The position numbers and the translations under genes were made by a program. Below are positions 10,329 through 20,054 of a stretch of DNA of 64,000 bases, piece by piece. The DNA lies in IMG/VR virus record IMGVR_UViG_3300029288_005871, positions 18,384 to 82,383 of that record. One strand, 5' to 3'. Origin of the DNA: a virus (taxonomy: Duplodnaviria; Caudoviricetes). The notes beneath the pieces are model-generated. The model was not told where the DNA came from. It saw only the letters and a program-made list of their open reading frames with translations, and searched no databases. Position 1 is the stretch's first letter, and every line of letters starts with the position of its first letter.

Positions 10329-10959
10329 TTAAAAGTGCCAACAGTTTTCGGCAACTGGGTCTTTTCCAGCCAAAATACTTGCTGACTTTTATATATTCTT
10401 CCTCATTATCAAAAACAAAAGTCAAAGTCATTTTACCGCCTTCTTTTTCATTATACTCTTTACCCAAATCTTCTTTTTCTTCAATATCCAACCCAAAATC
10501 ATCCCCTTCATCTAAATTGGCAAAATCCTTTTCCAGATCACCGCTGGCCATCTTCAACATTAGGTTTAAAGACTTATCTGTTTCCGGCAAAAGCTTTAAC
10601 AGTTCTTCCTTATCCTCCCCAAACTCCTCATACAGATGGGAAATAAGCTTTATCCTTTTTTGGGTATCATCTGTTCCTTTCAAACGGTTTATAGTAGCCA
10701 ATAAAAGGTCAGCGTGCTTTTCATCCATTTCCCAAACTTCACACCAAACCTCCTTAAACTCCAATTCTTTACAGACGTTAAAACGGTTATGGCCATCCAC
10801 TAAAACATATTTATCGCCTCTTTTAACCACTAAAAGAGAGGGATAATTCCCAGTACTGGAAATATGCCTTTTAAGCTTATTGTACTGGTCTGGACTCATC
10901 CCGTTCGGGTTCAGGCTGTTCGGGCTGATTTTGTTTATCGGTATCTTTATTGCCTGCAT
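10309..10959 (-). CDS. ParB/Sulfiredoxin-like N-terminal domain protein
   Basis: I.PNSLNPN, YVLVDGHNR. Confidence 0.85.
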   Translation of the reverse strand: MQAIKIPINKISPNSLNPNGMSPDQYNKLKRHISSTGNYPSLLVVKRGDKYVLVDGHNRFNVCKELEFKEVWCEVWEMDEKHADLLLATINRLKGTDDTQKRIKLISHLYEEFGEDKEELLKLLPETDKSLNLMLKMASGDLEKDFANLDEGDDFGLDIEEKEDLGKEYNEKEGGKMTLTFVFDNEEEYIKVSKYFGWKRPSCRKLLALLSGELYV

Positions 10960-12397
10960 CTTTTGCTAATGCCTCCTGACGTTCTTTCTCTAAATCATTA
11001 TAAACCCCTGTAAAAAGGGTATCCCATAACTTTGCTACATTATCCCAGTCCAAAGTTCTTACCCAGGCAAGTGCTCTGTCGGTAATTTTGGCTACTTCCT
11101 GCGGATTGTCATAAATCCAGATCAGTTTCCTTACCGCATCATCCACATTCCCCAACGGCCTGACTCTTTCAAAATCATCCCTGCCGTAACAGACCCATTC
11201 CGAACTGGTAGAATTAGTCTTATAGGGAATTCCCCTGATATTTTCATCAGTTTTTAAAGCATCCAGGTTATCCAAATCCAACCCTTCAGAATTGAATATT
11301 TCAGGGATGGAAGTATGTGATGGAGCCAAATTAATCACCTTAGTCGCCATCGCCTCATTTATCGGTAATCCCCAACCTTCGCCTAAAGACGAAGAAACAT
11401 GGCAATCCATAATGTTATAAAGCAGGTTTAAAGCCTCTGTCGGATAACCGATATTTTCATTAAAGTTTCCTGGCACTGTCCAATCAGTCCCAAATTCCAA
11501 GTTAAAATTCTGGGCTATTGCCCGTAACGACCCAAAAGTGTCATTCTCCCTAGCATGGATATAAAGGAATGAATCAGGCCGCCTCTTCTGGAATTCCTTG
11601 AAAATTTTCATTACCCTGGCCAAATCCTTTCTCATTTGGTTTCTGGCAACACAGCCAACAATAAAAGTATCCTGCCTGACTTTATTCTTGAAAAACTTCT
11701 GCCTGAATGTCTTTCTTGTCTCTGTATCAACTGGATAAAAATCTTCCTGGCTTATCCCATGCGGGATAGTCAAAATATCATTTTTAAATTTACATGGCTG
11801 GACTAATTCATTATTGGCTTTTTCTATCTGCTCTTTACCATACTTGGTATAAGCTACAGAATAATCAGGAATGGATACTGCCTCTTCTATCCAGTTTCCT
11901 TTAAGAGGCGAATCTACCGGCCAATAGCTTATTACCCGATACCACATCTTAGGCGGAGTATTCTCCCGATACTTTTTATACATTAAGTCGCCAATCATTC
12001 TCATCAGTCCCAACTTCTGGCCGATTATAGGCAACGGGTATTCCATGATAAACGGATCTTGCAAAGTAAAAATTATGTCCCAAGACGGCTTTATATCCAA
12101 ATCAGCCCCCCGCAATATCTCCACAAACCTTAACCTACCATAAACATCTGTCTCTCCCAAAGGAGCTGCTGGCCAGATCCTGTAAGGATGAGTTTCTGGA
12201 TCTTTATACCCTCCCCTATCATTAATACCAAAAATATCTATATCATACCTGCCTGATCGGGCAAGTCTGGTAAAAATGCCTTTAATTACGCTCGCAAATC
12301 CCGTACTGCAAGCCGGACTATCGGCAAAAATCAACACTTTTATTTTTTTTGGTTGTTTTTCCAATTCTTCATTTTTTATATTTTCTGTATCTGTCAT
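10877..12397 (-). CDS. glycosyltransferase family 4
   Basis: VARNQMRKD, SSSLGEGWGLPINEAMA. Confidence 0.9.
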   Translation of the reverse strand: MTDTENIKNEELEKQPKKIKVLIFADSPACSTGFASVIKGIFTRLARSGRYDIDIFGINDRGGYKDPETHPYRIWPAAPLGETDVYGRLRFVEILRGADLDIKPSWDIIFTLQDPFIMEYPLPIIGQKLGLMRMIGDLMYKKYRENTPPKMWYRVISYWPVDSPLKGNWIEEAVSIPDYSVAYTKYGKEQIEKANNELVQPCKFKNDILTIPHGISQEDFYPVDTETRKTFRQKFFKNKVRQDTFIVGCVARNQMRKDLARVMKIFKEFQKRRPDSFLYIHARENDTFGSLRAIAQNFNLEFGTDWTVPGNFNENIGYPTEALNLLYNIMDCHVSSSLGEGWGLPINEAMATKVINLAPSHTSIPEIFNSEGLDLDNLDALKTDENIRGIPYKTNSTSSEWVCYGRDDFERVRPLGNVDDAVRKLIWIYDNPQEVAKITDRALAWVRTLDWDNVAKLWDTLFTGVYNDLEKERQEALAKDAGNKDTDKQNQPEQPEPERDESRPVQ

Positions 12398-12425
12398 AAT
12401 TTTTAAAATAAATTAAATAATAAGA

Positions 12426-13235
12426 TTACCAACTCATCCAATTCCAACCTTTCTCCTTTTTGTCAAAAGGAGTCTTATAAATTCCTTTCTCTTTTAAAAT
12501 CATTTCCGGCGGGTGATAAGCTTTCTGGTGAAAATCAGTATTCCATTTTCTTCTTATATAATCCCTGTTAGCTTCATAAGTCCTAACATTTTTAGAATAA
12601 AGATCCTCATCAACTTTAATAGTACGGGAACCATAATGGTAAAATTTAGCCCTATTAGTTTTCCCCGCCTTGTTTCCAGATAAAATTATTCTATAGTGCA
12701 TGTCGCCATCTTCCATATAGGCTACGCTTAAATTTTCATCAAACCAACCTACCTTTTTTATAAGCCTGTTATTAACCATAAAACAGGAAAAATGGGGATG
12801 CTCGTCAAATGAATCATTAAAACTACTACCAAGAATGGTTTTTATTGTCCTTAAAGAATCCCACTGGGAAGCAGTCCACATAATAAACCTCAAATGCCTC
12901 TGGGCAAAATCAACCAAGTTATCAACACAGTTCTCATGGAAAATCAAGTCATTATTAGCGACTATTACATACTCCATACCCTCTGCTAAAGCCATCTTTA
13001 TTCCCATATTCCAAGCTGTTCCCACATGATTGCCTTTAGGGTTATCCACCACGGTTATCCCCATCGGGACTTTTGTGGAAAAAGTAGTCGGTCTTAATCC
13101 TTTAGCAGAATAATTAACTATTAAGTAAAGCTTTAAATTGTGATCTTTAGAAGTTATTGACTCAACAGTTTGCCTAGTAAAATCAGCATGGAGTCCATTC
13201 GCATGATAAACGGGGATAACAATTCCTAACTTCAT
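12426..13235 (-). CDS. glycosyltransferase family 2
   Basis: IVIPVY, ANNDL, VGWFDE...YMEDGD. Confidence 0.85.
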   Translation of the reverse strand: MKLGIVIPVYHANGLHADFTRQTVESITSKDHNLKLYLIVNYSAKGLRPTTFSTKVPMGITVVDNPKGNHVGTAWNMGIKMALAEGMEYVIVANNDLIFHENCVDNLVDFAQRHLRFIMWTASQWDSLRTIKTILGSSFNDSFDEHPHFSCFMVNNRLIKKVGWFDENLSVAYMEDGDMHYRIILSGNKAGKTNRAKFYHYGSRTIKVDEDLYSKNVRTYEANRDYIRRKWNTDFHQKAYHPPEMILKEKGIYKTPFDKKEKGWNWMSW

Positions 13236-13277
13236 ATTGTTATGTTTATAACATGAGTTTATTGTTTTGTAAACATC

Positions 13278-14219
13278 TTAAAATAGGCTTATCCAAGTCT
13301 TCATCGCTTCTTTTAATTTCCCAAAATATTCTTCTTCTGGCAAACCCTCAGCTATTTCCAGATAACATTGCTTGACAGTTTTACCTTTCAATTCAATCCT
13401 ATCAATTATTTCCCAAAAAGTCTCATTTGCCAATAAGCCTTTACTCTCTTTTTCCAGATTAACCCAGACATTTGAAGCCCGATCATGATTAACCATCGGT
13501 TCTCCAGCCAAAACAGCTAGACCCAAATAATCACAAATCTTTTTGGCAATTATCCCGCACCAAATATCACCCATTCTTTCTACACTATAATCCTTACCCA
13601 TTAAAGGCCAAAACATTAAAGGAATTACCTTTCTCTTAAAAGCCAGATTCATGCCACTCATCGGGTAATAATAACTTGGAGGAACAGGAGAAAAAATATT
13701 TGCGTCAGCTTCACCAATACCATAAGAAAGTTGGGTTACAGCGTCTACGTCAGGTACACCATACCAGCAACCCATATTTATAACAGCTTCTACCTCGCCA
13801 GTATTATGGTAAGGAGTACCTCTTGGCCTGACTTTTTCCAATGTCCATACCCACCTAGTCAACGGCACAGATAATTTTTTTAAATGGGTTTCCAAAAAAG
13901 GCAACGCTCTGGGATCAGGATAAACATCGTCATCCATAGTGATAACCACGTCAGCTCCATCCTTGTAAGCCTTATAAAAACCAAAACATCTCACTCCATC
14001 CGTCTTTTTCCTGATTATCCAAGACTTGTCAACCAACTCACAATCAATATCCCTATGGCATAAATGGACAATTTTATTCTCACCTTTGCTAGGCAACTTA
14101 AAAGTCTTATAGGCATTATCCTCTACCACATAAATTGTGCAAGGAAAAAAATCCCACATCTCCAAGAATTTTTTGATACTTTTCTGCCTGATGGTCGGTA
14201 CTACTATAGCCGTATTCAT
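13278..14219 (-). CDS. reversibly glycosylated polypeptide (RGP/UDP-arabinopyranose mutase)-like protein
   Basis: VPTIR, RCFGFY, MDDD, W..VPD.DA..QL, GMNLAF, R.GDIW.G...K.ICD.LG motifs typical of RGP. Confidence 0.75.
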   Translation of the reverse strand: MNTAIVVPTIRQKSIKKFLEMWDFFPCTIYVVEDNAYKTFKLPSKGENKIVHLCHRDIDCELVDKSWIIRKKTDGVRCFGFYKAYKDGADVVITMDDDVYPDPRALPFLETHLKKLSVPLTRWVWTLEKVRPRGTPYHNTGEVEAVINMGCWYGVPDVDAVTQLSYGIGEADANIFSPVPPSYYYPMSGMNLAFKRKVIPLMFWPLMGKDYSVERMGDIWCGIIAKKICDYLGLAVLAGEPMVNHDRASNVWVNLEKESKGLLANETFWEIIDRIELKGKTVKQCYLEIAEGLPEEEYFGKLKEAMKTWISLF

Positions 14220-14800
14220 TTTGTTTCCAAAAGATACTGGTATTCCATCATCCAGTCATCTTTCTCCCAATCCTCACAAAAAAACCTGATCTGGCGGTAA
14301 TCCTTTACTTTCCAACCCGACAGCTTAAAAAGGTATTCCCAATTAATCCGGTGGAAAACACTATAATGATTTTTATGCCTGATACAAAACTCTGTAGGAG
14401 AAGGTACAGCTATTAAAACAAACTTAGTCGCAATCCTTCTTATTTCCAAAAGAAGAATTAAAGGCATCGGTGAATGTTCTAATGCGTGTCTAACTACTGC
14501 CATTTCAAAAGAACCATCAGGTAAACTGGTAAAGTGCATATCTTCCCGCAATACTTCGTGATCAAGTTTTTCCCCGCCTAAAGTTACCCCTAAAGTCTTT
14601 TTACCCATCTTCTTCATTTCGTCTAAACAAGGTGCAGTTCCGCAGCCAAATTCAACCGCTGACAAAAAATCCAAATGATAACAAAAATACTGTACCATCT
14701 CCTTAGCTGTCTGGGCATGATGAGCAGAATAAGGTTCAGTATAAATTTGGCTGGTTAAATACTGATAATGTCTTTCAAAATTAGTGTAATCCATAATCAC
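14216..14800 (-). CDS. class I SAM-dependent methyltransferase
   Basis: VEFGCG, DMHF..LPDGSFE, RHALEH. Confidence 0.85.
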   Translation of the reverse strand: MIMDYTNFERHYQYLTSQIYTEPYSAHHAQTAKEMVQYFCYHLDFLSAVEFGCGTAPCLDEMKKMGKKTLGVTLGGEKLDHEVLREDMHFTSLPDGSFEMAVVRHALEHSPMPLILLLEIRRIATKFVLIAVPSPTEFCIRHKNHYSVFHRINWEYLFKLSGWKVKDYRQIRFFCEDWEKDDWMMEYQYLLETK

Positions 14801-15470
14801 TTAAACAGGATATCCGGCCTTTTTTCACTTATCTCTATCATTTCAAGGTAATCAGATGCTTTTAACTTCCTGAAATTCATAAAACCACAATGGTATAAAA
14901 CAGGCGGCTCAACTGCCGCCACTTTCATACCGACTTTTCTCACATCTTCGCAAAAAGCAGAATCCTCCCCACACAACTTATCATCCAAATACCTAAATGA
15001 GCCTATTATACTTAAATCACCCCTTCTGACAAAAAAGAATATCCTGGTTGGTTATTAACAACCAAAATCTTATAACCCCTAAACTCAATTGTTTTTAAAG
15101 TCTGGTGATGAGGGTGTTTTTTCCCACCCACTACCCCAATATCGGGAAAATAATGCAGTACTTCCATTAACCTGGTATCCCAATGAGGCTCATAATAAAT
15201 ATCATCATCAGCAATATGGATATATTCAGAAGGCGAAGCTAAAGAAACTCCCAGATTCTTGGCTTCATAAATAGGTACTCGCTTTTCCAGATGCTTATAA
15301 ATAACCTTTGTCTTTTTCCTTTTTAAATAATGCTCTATCCCTTCCCAATTATCAGAAGCATCAAGTATCACTATTTCCAGTTCAGAATCAGTATTTTTAA
15401 TCAATGTTTCTACCGTTTGTCTTAGTAAAGGAAATCGGTTGTAAGTAGCAAACACTACAGGTAATATCAT
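14797..15470 (-). pseudogene. glycosyltransferase family 2 split by a -1 frameshift at a T6 run (15031-15036)
   Basis: Frame 1 ends NQPGYSFLSEGVI*; the -1 frame continues FFVRRGDLSIIGSF...GEDSAFC, the GT2 C-terminal motif. Confidence 0.75.
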
Positions 15471-15943
15471 ATCTTTACACTTTCAAAAGACATTGTTTTT
15501 TGCCCATGAGTTTCCAGTTCCTCAAACTTTTTGCAAACTAACCCCGCCTGTTTTAGATAATTTAACATTATCTTCTGATTAAAACCAGTTTGATGTGTTT
15601 CTCCATCCCTTGACTGCCCGCCAAAGATTATATCCATATCCCAACCATCAGTCTGGTGGTTTAACCACCACTGGCAGCACCATACAAAATCAGGAACCCT
15701 AATAGTTATCTTTCCTTCTGGTTTTATCACTCTTGCCCATTCTTTTAAAGTTGGTATGACTTTAGCTTTAGGAAGATGTTCCAACATGTGGGAACTCCAA
15801 ATTTCATCCACTTCCCCATCTTTATAGGGAAGTTCCCAGGCAAAAGCTTTAACATCTACCTCTTCTATATAAGGGTCAATTCTAATCCAATCACCTTCTA
15901 TCCATTCATCAGGTGAACCAGCACCTAAATCTATCCTAAGCAT
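15467..15943 (-). CDS. SAM-dependent methyltransferase (type 11-like)
   Basis: IDLGAG, SSHMLEH, VIKPEG. Confidence 0.88.
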   Translation of the reverse strand: MLRIDLGAGSPDEWIEGDWIRIDPYIEEVDVKAFAWELPYKDGEVDEIWSSHMLEHLPKAKVIPTLKEWARVIKPEGKITIRVPDFVWCCQWWLNHQTDGWDMDIIFGGQSRDGETHQTGFNQKIMLNYLKQAGLVCKKFEELETHGQKTMSFESVKI

Positions 15944-15945
15944 TT

Positions 15946-16848
15946 TTAACTTTCATTTTTAAAATTAACTATTTTATCACTCTTATAAAAAAATCCGCTT
16001 CCTGGCCAAACTTCACCACTTCTGAAGCTAAAATCATCATTTACATATAGTGGGAGTACATCTCCCCATTTATTTTTAAATATTTCGGTATTTCTATCAT
16101 GGGTAAGCAAATCTCCGTCTTTTTCCACTCCCATTTTTTTATTTATCCATTCTTGGTATTCTGGTCTGACAGCTGTTACTCCCGACACATGATGGCAAGG
16201 AACATTAACCACTATATTTTTATATCCCAATCTTAAAGAAGCTAAACCCAGCTCACGATCATACAAATGAAAATATTGATAGTTCTGGTCTATTCCATTA
16301 TTTTTCTTTAGCATTTCCATCCTGAAAATTAGGGCAAATCCATCAAAAATAGCGACTGGTTTCCACTCTTCCTTCATCCTCATCCCGTGAATTTCTGCCT
16401 CAATCATGTTGGACAAACCAGCCGCCTGATCCGCTCTTTCCGACATTTGCAATCTCCCGCCATTTGGCAGACATCCCTGCGCCCCAAAAAATCCAGCCAT
16501 ACCTAAATCTTTCATTTGTTCAAAATAGGAAAGTATTCGTCTGTCCCAATACTGTTCATAAATATAGACATCATTATGGATTATTGCCAAAACATCAGTT
16601 TCACAAAGTTCATAAATTTGCTGGTATGTTTTTACCAAACCTAAGTTTTCCTTATTCCTGACATAATTTAACTTTTTAGGTTTTATATATTCCCTGAATG
16701 TTTTTTCCACTGGATCAGTAGAATTATTATCTATTATTAACCATTCAACCTCTGGTGAAGTTACGGTTTTTAGAAGTCCTAATATACCGATTATATCCCG
16801 CAGTTGGTTCATTATAGGAATAACTATGGTCAAACGTAAACTTGACAT
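15946..16848 (-). CDS. glycosyltransferase family 2
   Basis: IVIPI, IIDNNS, IHND; paralogue of next gene. Confidence 0.88.
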   Translation of the reverse strand: MSSLRLTIVIPIMNQLRDIIGILGLLKTVTSPEVEWLIIDNNSTDPVEKTFREYIKPKKLNYVRNKENLGLVKTYQQIYELCETDVLAIIHNDVYIYEQYWDRRILSYFEQMKDLGMAGFFGAQGCLPNGGRLQMSERADQAAGLSNMIEAEIHGMRMKEEWKPVAIFDGFALIFRMEMLKKNNGIDQNYQYFHLYDRELGLASLRLGYKNIVVNVPCHHVSGVTAVRPEYQEWINKKMGVEKDGDLLTHDRNTEIFKNKWGDVLPLYVNDDFSFRSGEVWPGSGFFYKSDKIVNFKNES

Positions 16849-16857
16849 ATTGTTTCC

Positions 16858-17757
16858 TTATAAACTAGGAGTTAACTTCATTTTAAGGATCGCATCACCT
16901 TTATACTCTATTATCGGCCAGATTCTTTCAACTTGTCCACTTCTAAAGCTAAAATCATCATTTACATACAGGGGGAGTACGTCTTTCCATTTATTTATAA
17001 ATTTTTGTTTATTCTCGTTATGTATTTTACCTTCTTCAAATCCACTGCCAGTCATTTCTTTTAACCATTTTTGATATCCTGCCGATTCACCTGTTAATCC
17101 GCCTATATGGTGACAAGGAATATCAACTACAATATTTTTATATCCTCTTCTTATAGATTCCAAGCTTATATCACGATCATAGTAATGCAACCATTTGTAT
17201 CTCATATCAAATCCTCCGTCCTTCTTTAACATCTCCATATTTAAAACCATTGCAAAAGAATCAAAAATAGCGCATGATCTCCAAGGCTGTCTCATTCTTA
17301 CTCCATGTATTTCTGCTTCCAACATATTGGATAATCCAGACATTTGGCCATCTTTTTCTATATCCTGATGTCTACTACCGTCTGGCAGACATCCCTGCGC
17401 CCCGAAAAATCCCGCTATACCTAATTTATCAATTTCATAGAAATAACTGATTATCCTTTGATCCCAATCTTTCTCATAAATAAAACAATCCGTATGAAGA
17501 AGCATTAAAAGGTCTGTAGTGCAATTTTCATAAGCATATCTATTAGTCTCCATTAAACCAATATTTTTTTCAAATCTGACAAAATTTAATTTCTTTGGTT
17601 TAATATATTTTCTCACCCATTCCTCAATAGGCTCGTCAGATCCATTGTCTACTAATAACCATTCCGTTTCTTCAGAGGTATTGAATTTTAAACATCCCCA
17701 CATCGGCATTAACCAACGCAAACCGTTCATGATGGGGATTAAAATCGTAAGTCGCAT
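16858..17757 (-). CDS. glycosyltransferase family 2
   Basis: ILIPI, VDNGS, LHTD; paralogue of previous gene. Confidence 0.88.
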   Translation of the reverse strand: MRLTILIPIMNGLRWLMPMWGCLKFNTSEETEWLLVDNGSDEPIEEWVRKYIKPKKLNFVRFEKNIGLMETNRYAYENCTTDLLMLLHTDCFIYEKDWDQRIISYFYEIDKLGIAGFFGAQGCLPDGSRHQDIEKDGQMSGLSNMLEAEIHGVRMRQPWRSCAIFDSFAMVLNMEMLKKDGGFDMRYKWLHYYDRDISLESIRRGYKNIVVDIPCHHIGGLTGESAGYQKWLKEMTGSGFEEGKIHNENKQKFINKWKDVLPLYVNDDFSFRSGQVERIWPIIEYKGDAILKMKLTPSL

Positions 17758-17758
17758 A

Positions 17759-18211
17759 TTAAAAGGGATAATAAAAACTCTTCAGCTTTTTATCAGGTTT
17801 CAAATCCTCGTGTTTCATGCCAAAATAATGTGCCACTTCATGCTCCAAAATGTAATATAGGTGTTCTAAAACCAAGTCCTTCTGAAAATAATTAGCAACC
17901 AAAATATCATGTTTATAAACTATAATAGCTGTTTTTTCTCCATTTGGTTGGCCGACAAATTCAGCAAAATTAAATGTTAAACCCCGATAATATTTAAGAT
18001 AATCAACAGAGCTACAAATAAACTGAATGTTTTTACACATTGCCTCTTTCCATAATTTATGTTTTTTTATGGCTAATGAAGTTACAACATTTAACATTTC
18101 CTGATAAAACTCTTCATCAGAAGGCATATAAACCTTTAATTTCTTTATTCTGGCTTTTCTTTTATTTACTAAGTTAATCTCTTTTTTCATAATTCCTCCT
18201 TCTTTGCTCAA
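17759..18211 (-). CDS. zincin-like metallopeptidase domain protein
   Basis: HEVAHYFG (HExxH). Confidence 0.7.
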   Translation of the reverse strand: MSKEGGIMKKEINLVNKRKARIKKLKVYMPSDEEFYQEMLNVVTSLAIKKHKLWKEAMCKNIQFICSSVDYLKYYRGLTFNFAEFVGQPNGEKTAIIVYKHDILVANYFQKDLVLEHLYYILEHEVAHYFGMKHEDLKPDKKLKSFYYPF

Positions 18212-18368
18212 ATTTCTGGCAAGGACACTTATTCACACCACAACTATCAAATAAAGTTTTTTTATCCCCAAGGTAATGATGGGCGGCTTTTGAATGGTCA
18301 CAGTTCTTACAATATTTCCTTGTTTCTGGATTCCTCATTTTTCCAACTCTTCCTTTACTTTTTTCCAC
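18174..18368 (-). CDS. small Cys/His-rich protein
   Basis: CKNCDHSKAAH...C.VNKC.C..F. Confidence 0.55.
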   Translation of the reverse strand: MEKSKGRVGKMRNPETRKYCKNCDHSKAAHHYLGDKKTLFDSCGVNKCPCQKFEQRRRNYEKRD

Positions 18369-18724
18369 AAAAGGTCACAGATAGGATAAGACTTGCATGG
18401 CTTATTTTCCCCAAGCCAAGCACTCCAATATTTATATGAATAATCATAAGGTGAAAAATCATCTAAAAGTTCCATTAATTGTCCAATAGAAAGTAAAGGC
18501 AAACTTAACTTTACCCATTCAAATTCTTTCTTCATCTTATTCCAATCCTTCGCCCAAGAATCAAACATTTGATGGACAGCCCATCCTTGAATGTTTGGAC
18601 TACCTATTTTATAAGTTGGGGAATAAATATATTCGTTTCCAATCGGTTTCCACCATTTTCTTAATCTTTCTCTCCCTTTTTCTGATAATCGGTTAAGGTC
18701 ATCCGCTGTTATATTTTGCTTCAT
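18335..18724 (-). CDS. hypothetical phage protein
   Basis: ORF track; PLLSIGQLMELL. Confidence 0.65.
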   Translation of the reverse strand: MKQNITADDLNRLSEKGRERLRKWWKPIGNEYIYSPTYKIGSPNIQGWAVHQMFDSWAKDWNKMKKEFEWVKLSLPLLSIGQLMELLDDFSPYDYSYKYWSAWLGENKPCKSYPICDLLWKKVKEELEK

Positions 18725-19068
18725 ATATGGTAAGTTTTTTTAGGTTTTACTTTACCTGTTGCTTTCCAACCAAACTGGTCGTCAGGATGTTGGGCATATC
18801 TTGTTTCAAACGGATCAAACCGTTTACCCTTTTTATCAATTGCCCACGGCTTACCTGTTTTTTTATCATGCCCAAAAGCTACCGGCTCTCTGGAAAAACG
18901 GTGGAAGGCAAAATTAATCTTTTCCTTTTTTTCTTCTATTGCTAAACAGCAAAAACGAATCAACTTTTCCCTTCCAGCATCCATTACTTTAAATTCCCAT
19001 TTTTTAGTTTGTTTACAAAACGGGCAATTAGTTTTTCCAGTTTTCTTTTTCTTCTGTAACTTTTTCAT
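18721..19068 (-). CDS. hypothetical protein
   Basis: ORF track, overlaps neighbours in operon fashion. Confidence 0.6.
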   Translation of the reverse strand: MKKLQKKKKTGKTNCPFCKQTKKWEFKVMDAGREKLIRFCCLAIEEKKEKINFAFHRFSREPVAFGHDKKTGKPWAIDKKGKRFDPFETRYAQHPDDQFGWKATGKVKPKKTYHI

Positions 19069-19252
19069 TTTTAGGTACTACAATAATATCACCATTCTCA
19101 TCATAAACCTCATAGGCTTGACATTCACTATTTAAGCAGGTAAAAATATACCTTTTCTTATTCCAGTCTATATGTAAATGAGTATTAGACGGTTTACCCG
19201 CCTTTTCACACTCTTTACAAAGAATTACAAAATTTTTGATTGTTCCTGCCAT
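19028..19252 (-). CDS. Zn-ribbon-like protein
   Basis: CKEC...CLNSEC. Confidence 0.6.
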   Translation of the reverse strand: MAGTIKNFVILCKECEKAGKPSNTHLHIDWNKKRYIFTCLNSECQAYEVYDENGDIIVVPKNEKVTEEKENWKN

Positions 19253-19273
19253 AATTTTTTAATTAATTAATAT

Positions 19274-19597
19274 TTACTGCGCCTCTATCGTATTTTCATT
19301 TCCAATTATTACATTCTCTTCTTTTAGTAAAGTTGTAGTAGTTGTTTCTACTCCATCATTACCATTAATCCCTGTAGTCTGAGTTTCCGAACTCCTGCCA
19401 ATGCTTGTTAAAACATTATCCATTTCCTGCTTTTTTCTAGCTGCCATTATTTTCTCAAAAATGGCAACCGCCTTTTTCTTGGTATTTGCCTCAATCCTTA
19501 CCATATTTGCAGGCAAATTAAGGGAATGTAAAAAAGATTCCCTATCCCTTTTCACGGAATAATTTTTTTTATTGATTTTAAACAGGTATCTTGGCAT
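19274..19597 (-). CDS. hypothetical protein
   Basis: ORF track. Confidence 0.6.
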   Translation of the reverse strand: MPRYLFKINKKNYSVKRDRESFLHSLNLPANMVRIEANTKKKAVAIFEKIMAARKKQEMDNVLTSIGRSSETQTTGINGNDGVETTTTTLLKEENVIIGNENTIEAQ

Positions 19598-19807
19598 TTA
19601 TTTTTTCCTCTTTCCCTCTTTTTTTTCTTTTTTATTTACTGCACTTTTAGCCTCTTTTAATAACTCTTTACCTTCCATTTTCAATACCTCTGTAACTCCT
19701 AAATCCGGTAAGAAATATTTATAAGCCGCCCATGCCAATAAAACTAATACTAAAATAACCGCTAACCAAACCATAACTATCACCTCCCGTCTATATCCTT
19801 TGAGCAA
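19598..19807 (-). CDS. single-TM membrane protein
   Basis: Hydrophobic VWLAVILVLVLLAWAAY. Confidence 0.6.
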   Translation of the reverse strand: MLKGYRREVIVMVWLAVILVLVLLAWAAYKYFLPDLGVTEVLKMEGKELLKEAKSAVNKKEKKEGKRKK

Positions 19808-19971
19808 TTAAAACAATGCTTATATTGTTTCTTCAGAGTTATCTTCAAAGCCTTTTTCTTACAGATCGGGCAAATTACCAAGTCTTTTATTAAAGACTGT
19901 AGAATAAACAAGTGGAGATCATTTAGTCCCTTCTTCATTTTCGTCAATGCGGGGCAACGTCTGCCCATCAT
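19780..19971 (-). CDS. small Zn-ribbon protein
   Basis: CPIC...CFNC. Confidence 0.5.
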   Translation of the reverse strand: MMGRRCPALTKMKKGLNDLHLFILQSLIKDLVICPICKKKALKITLKKQYKHCFNCSKDIDGR

Positions 19972-20011
19972 TGCCCCGCATAAGCCCTGCTAAAAATATG
20001 CTAACATTCAT

Positions 20012-20040
20012 AATTTACTAAAATATTTTATTGTTGTCAA
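20012..20040 (-). promoter_or_regulatory. sigma70-type promoter
   Basis: TTGACA-N17-TAAATT just downstream of the JAB gene. Confidence 0.6.
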
Positions 20041-20054
20041 TAACATAAATATAA

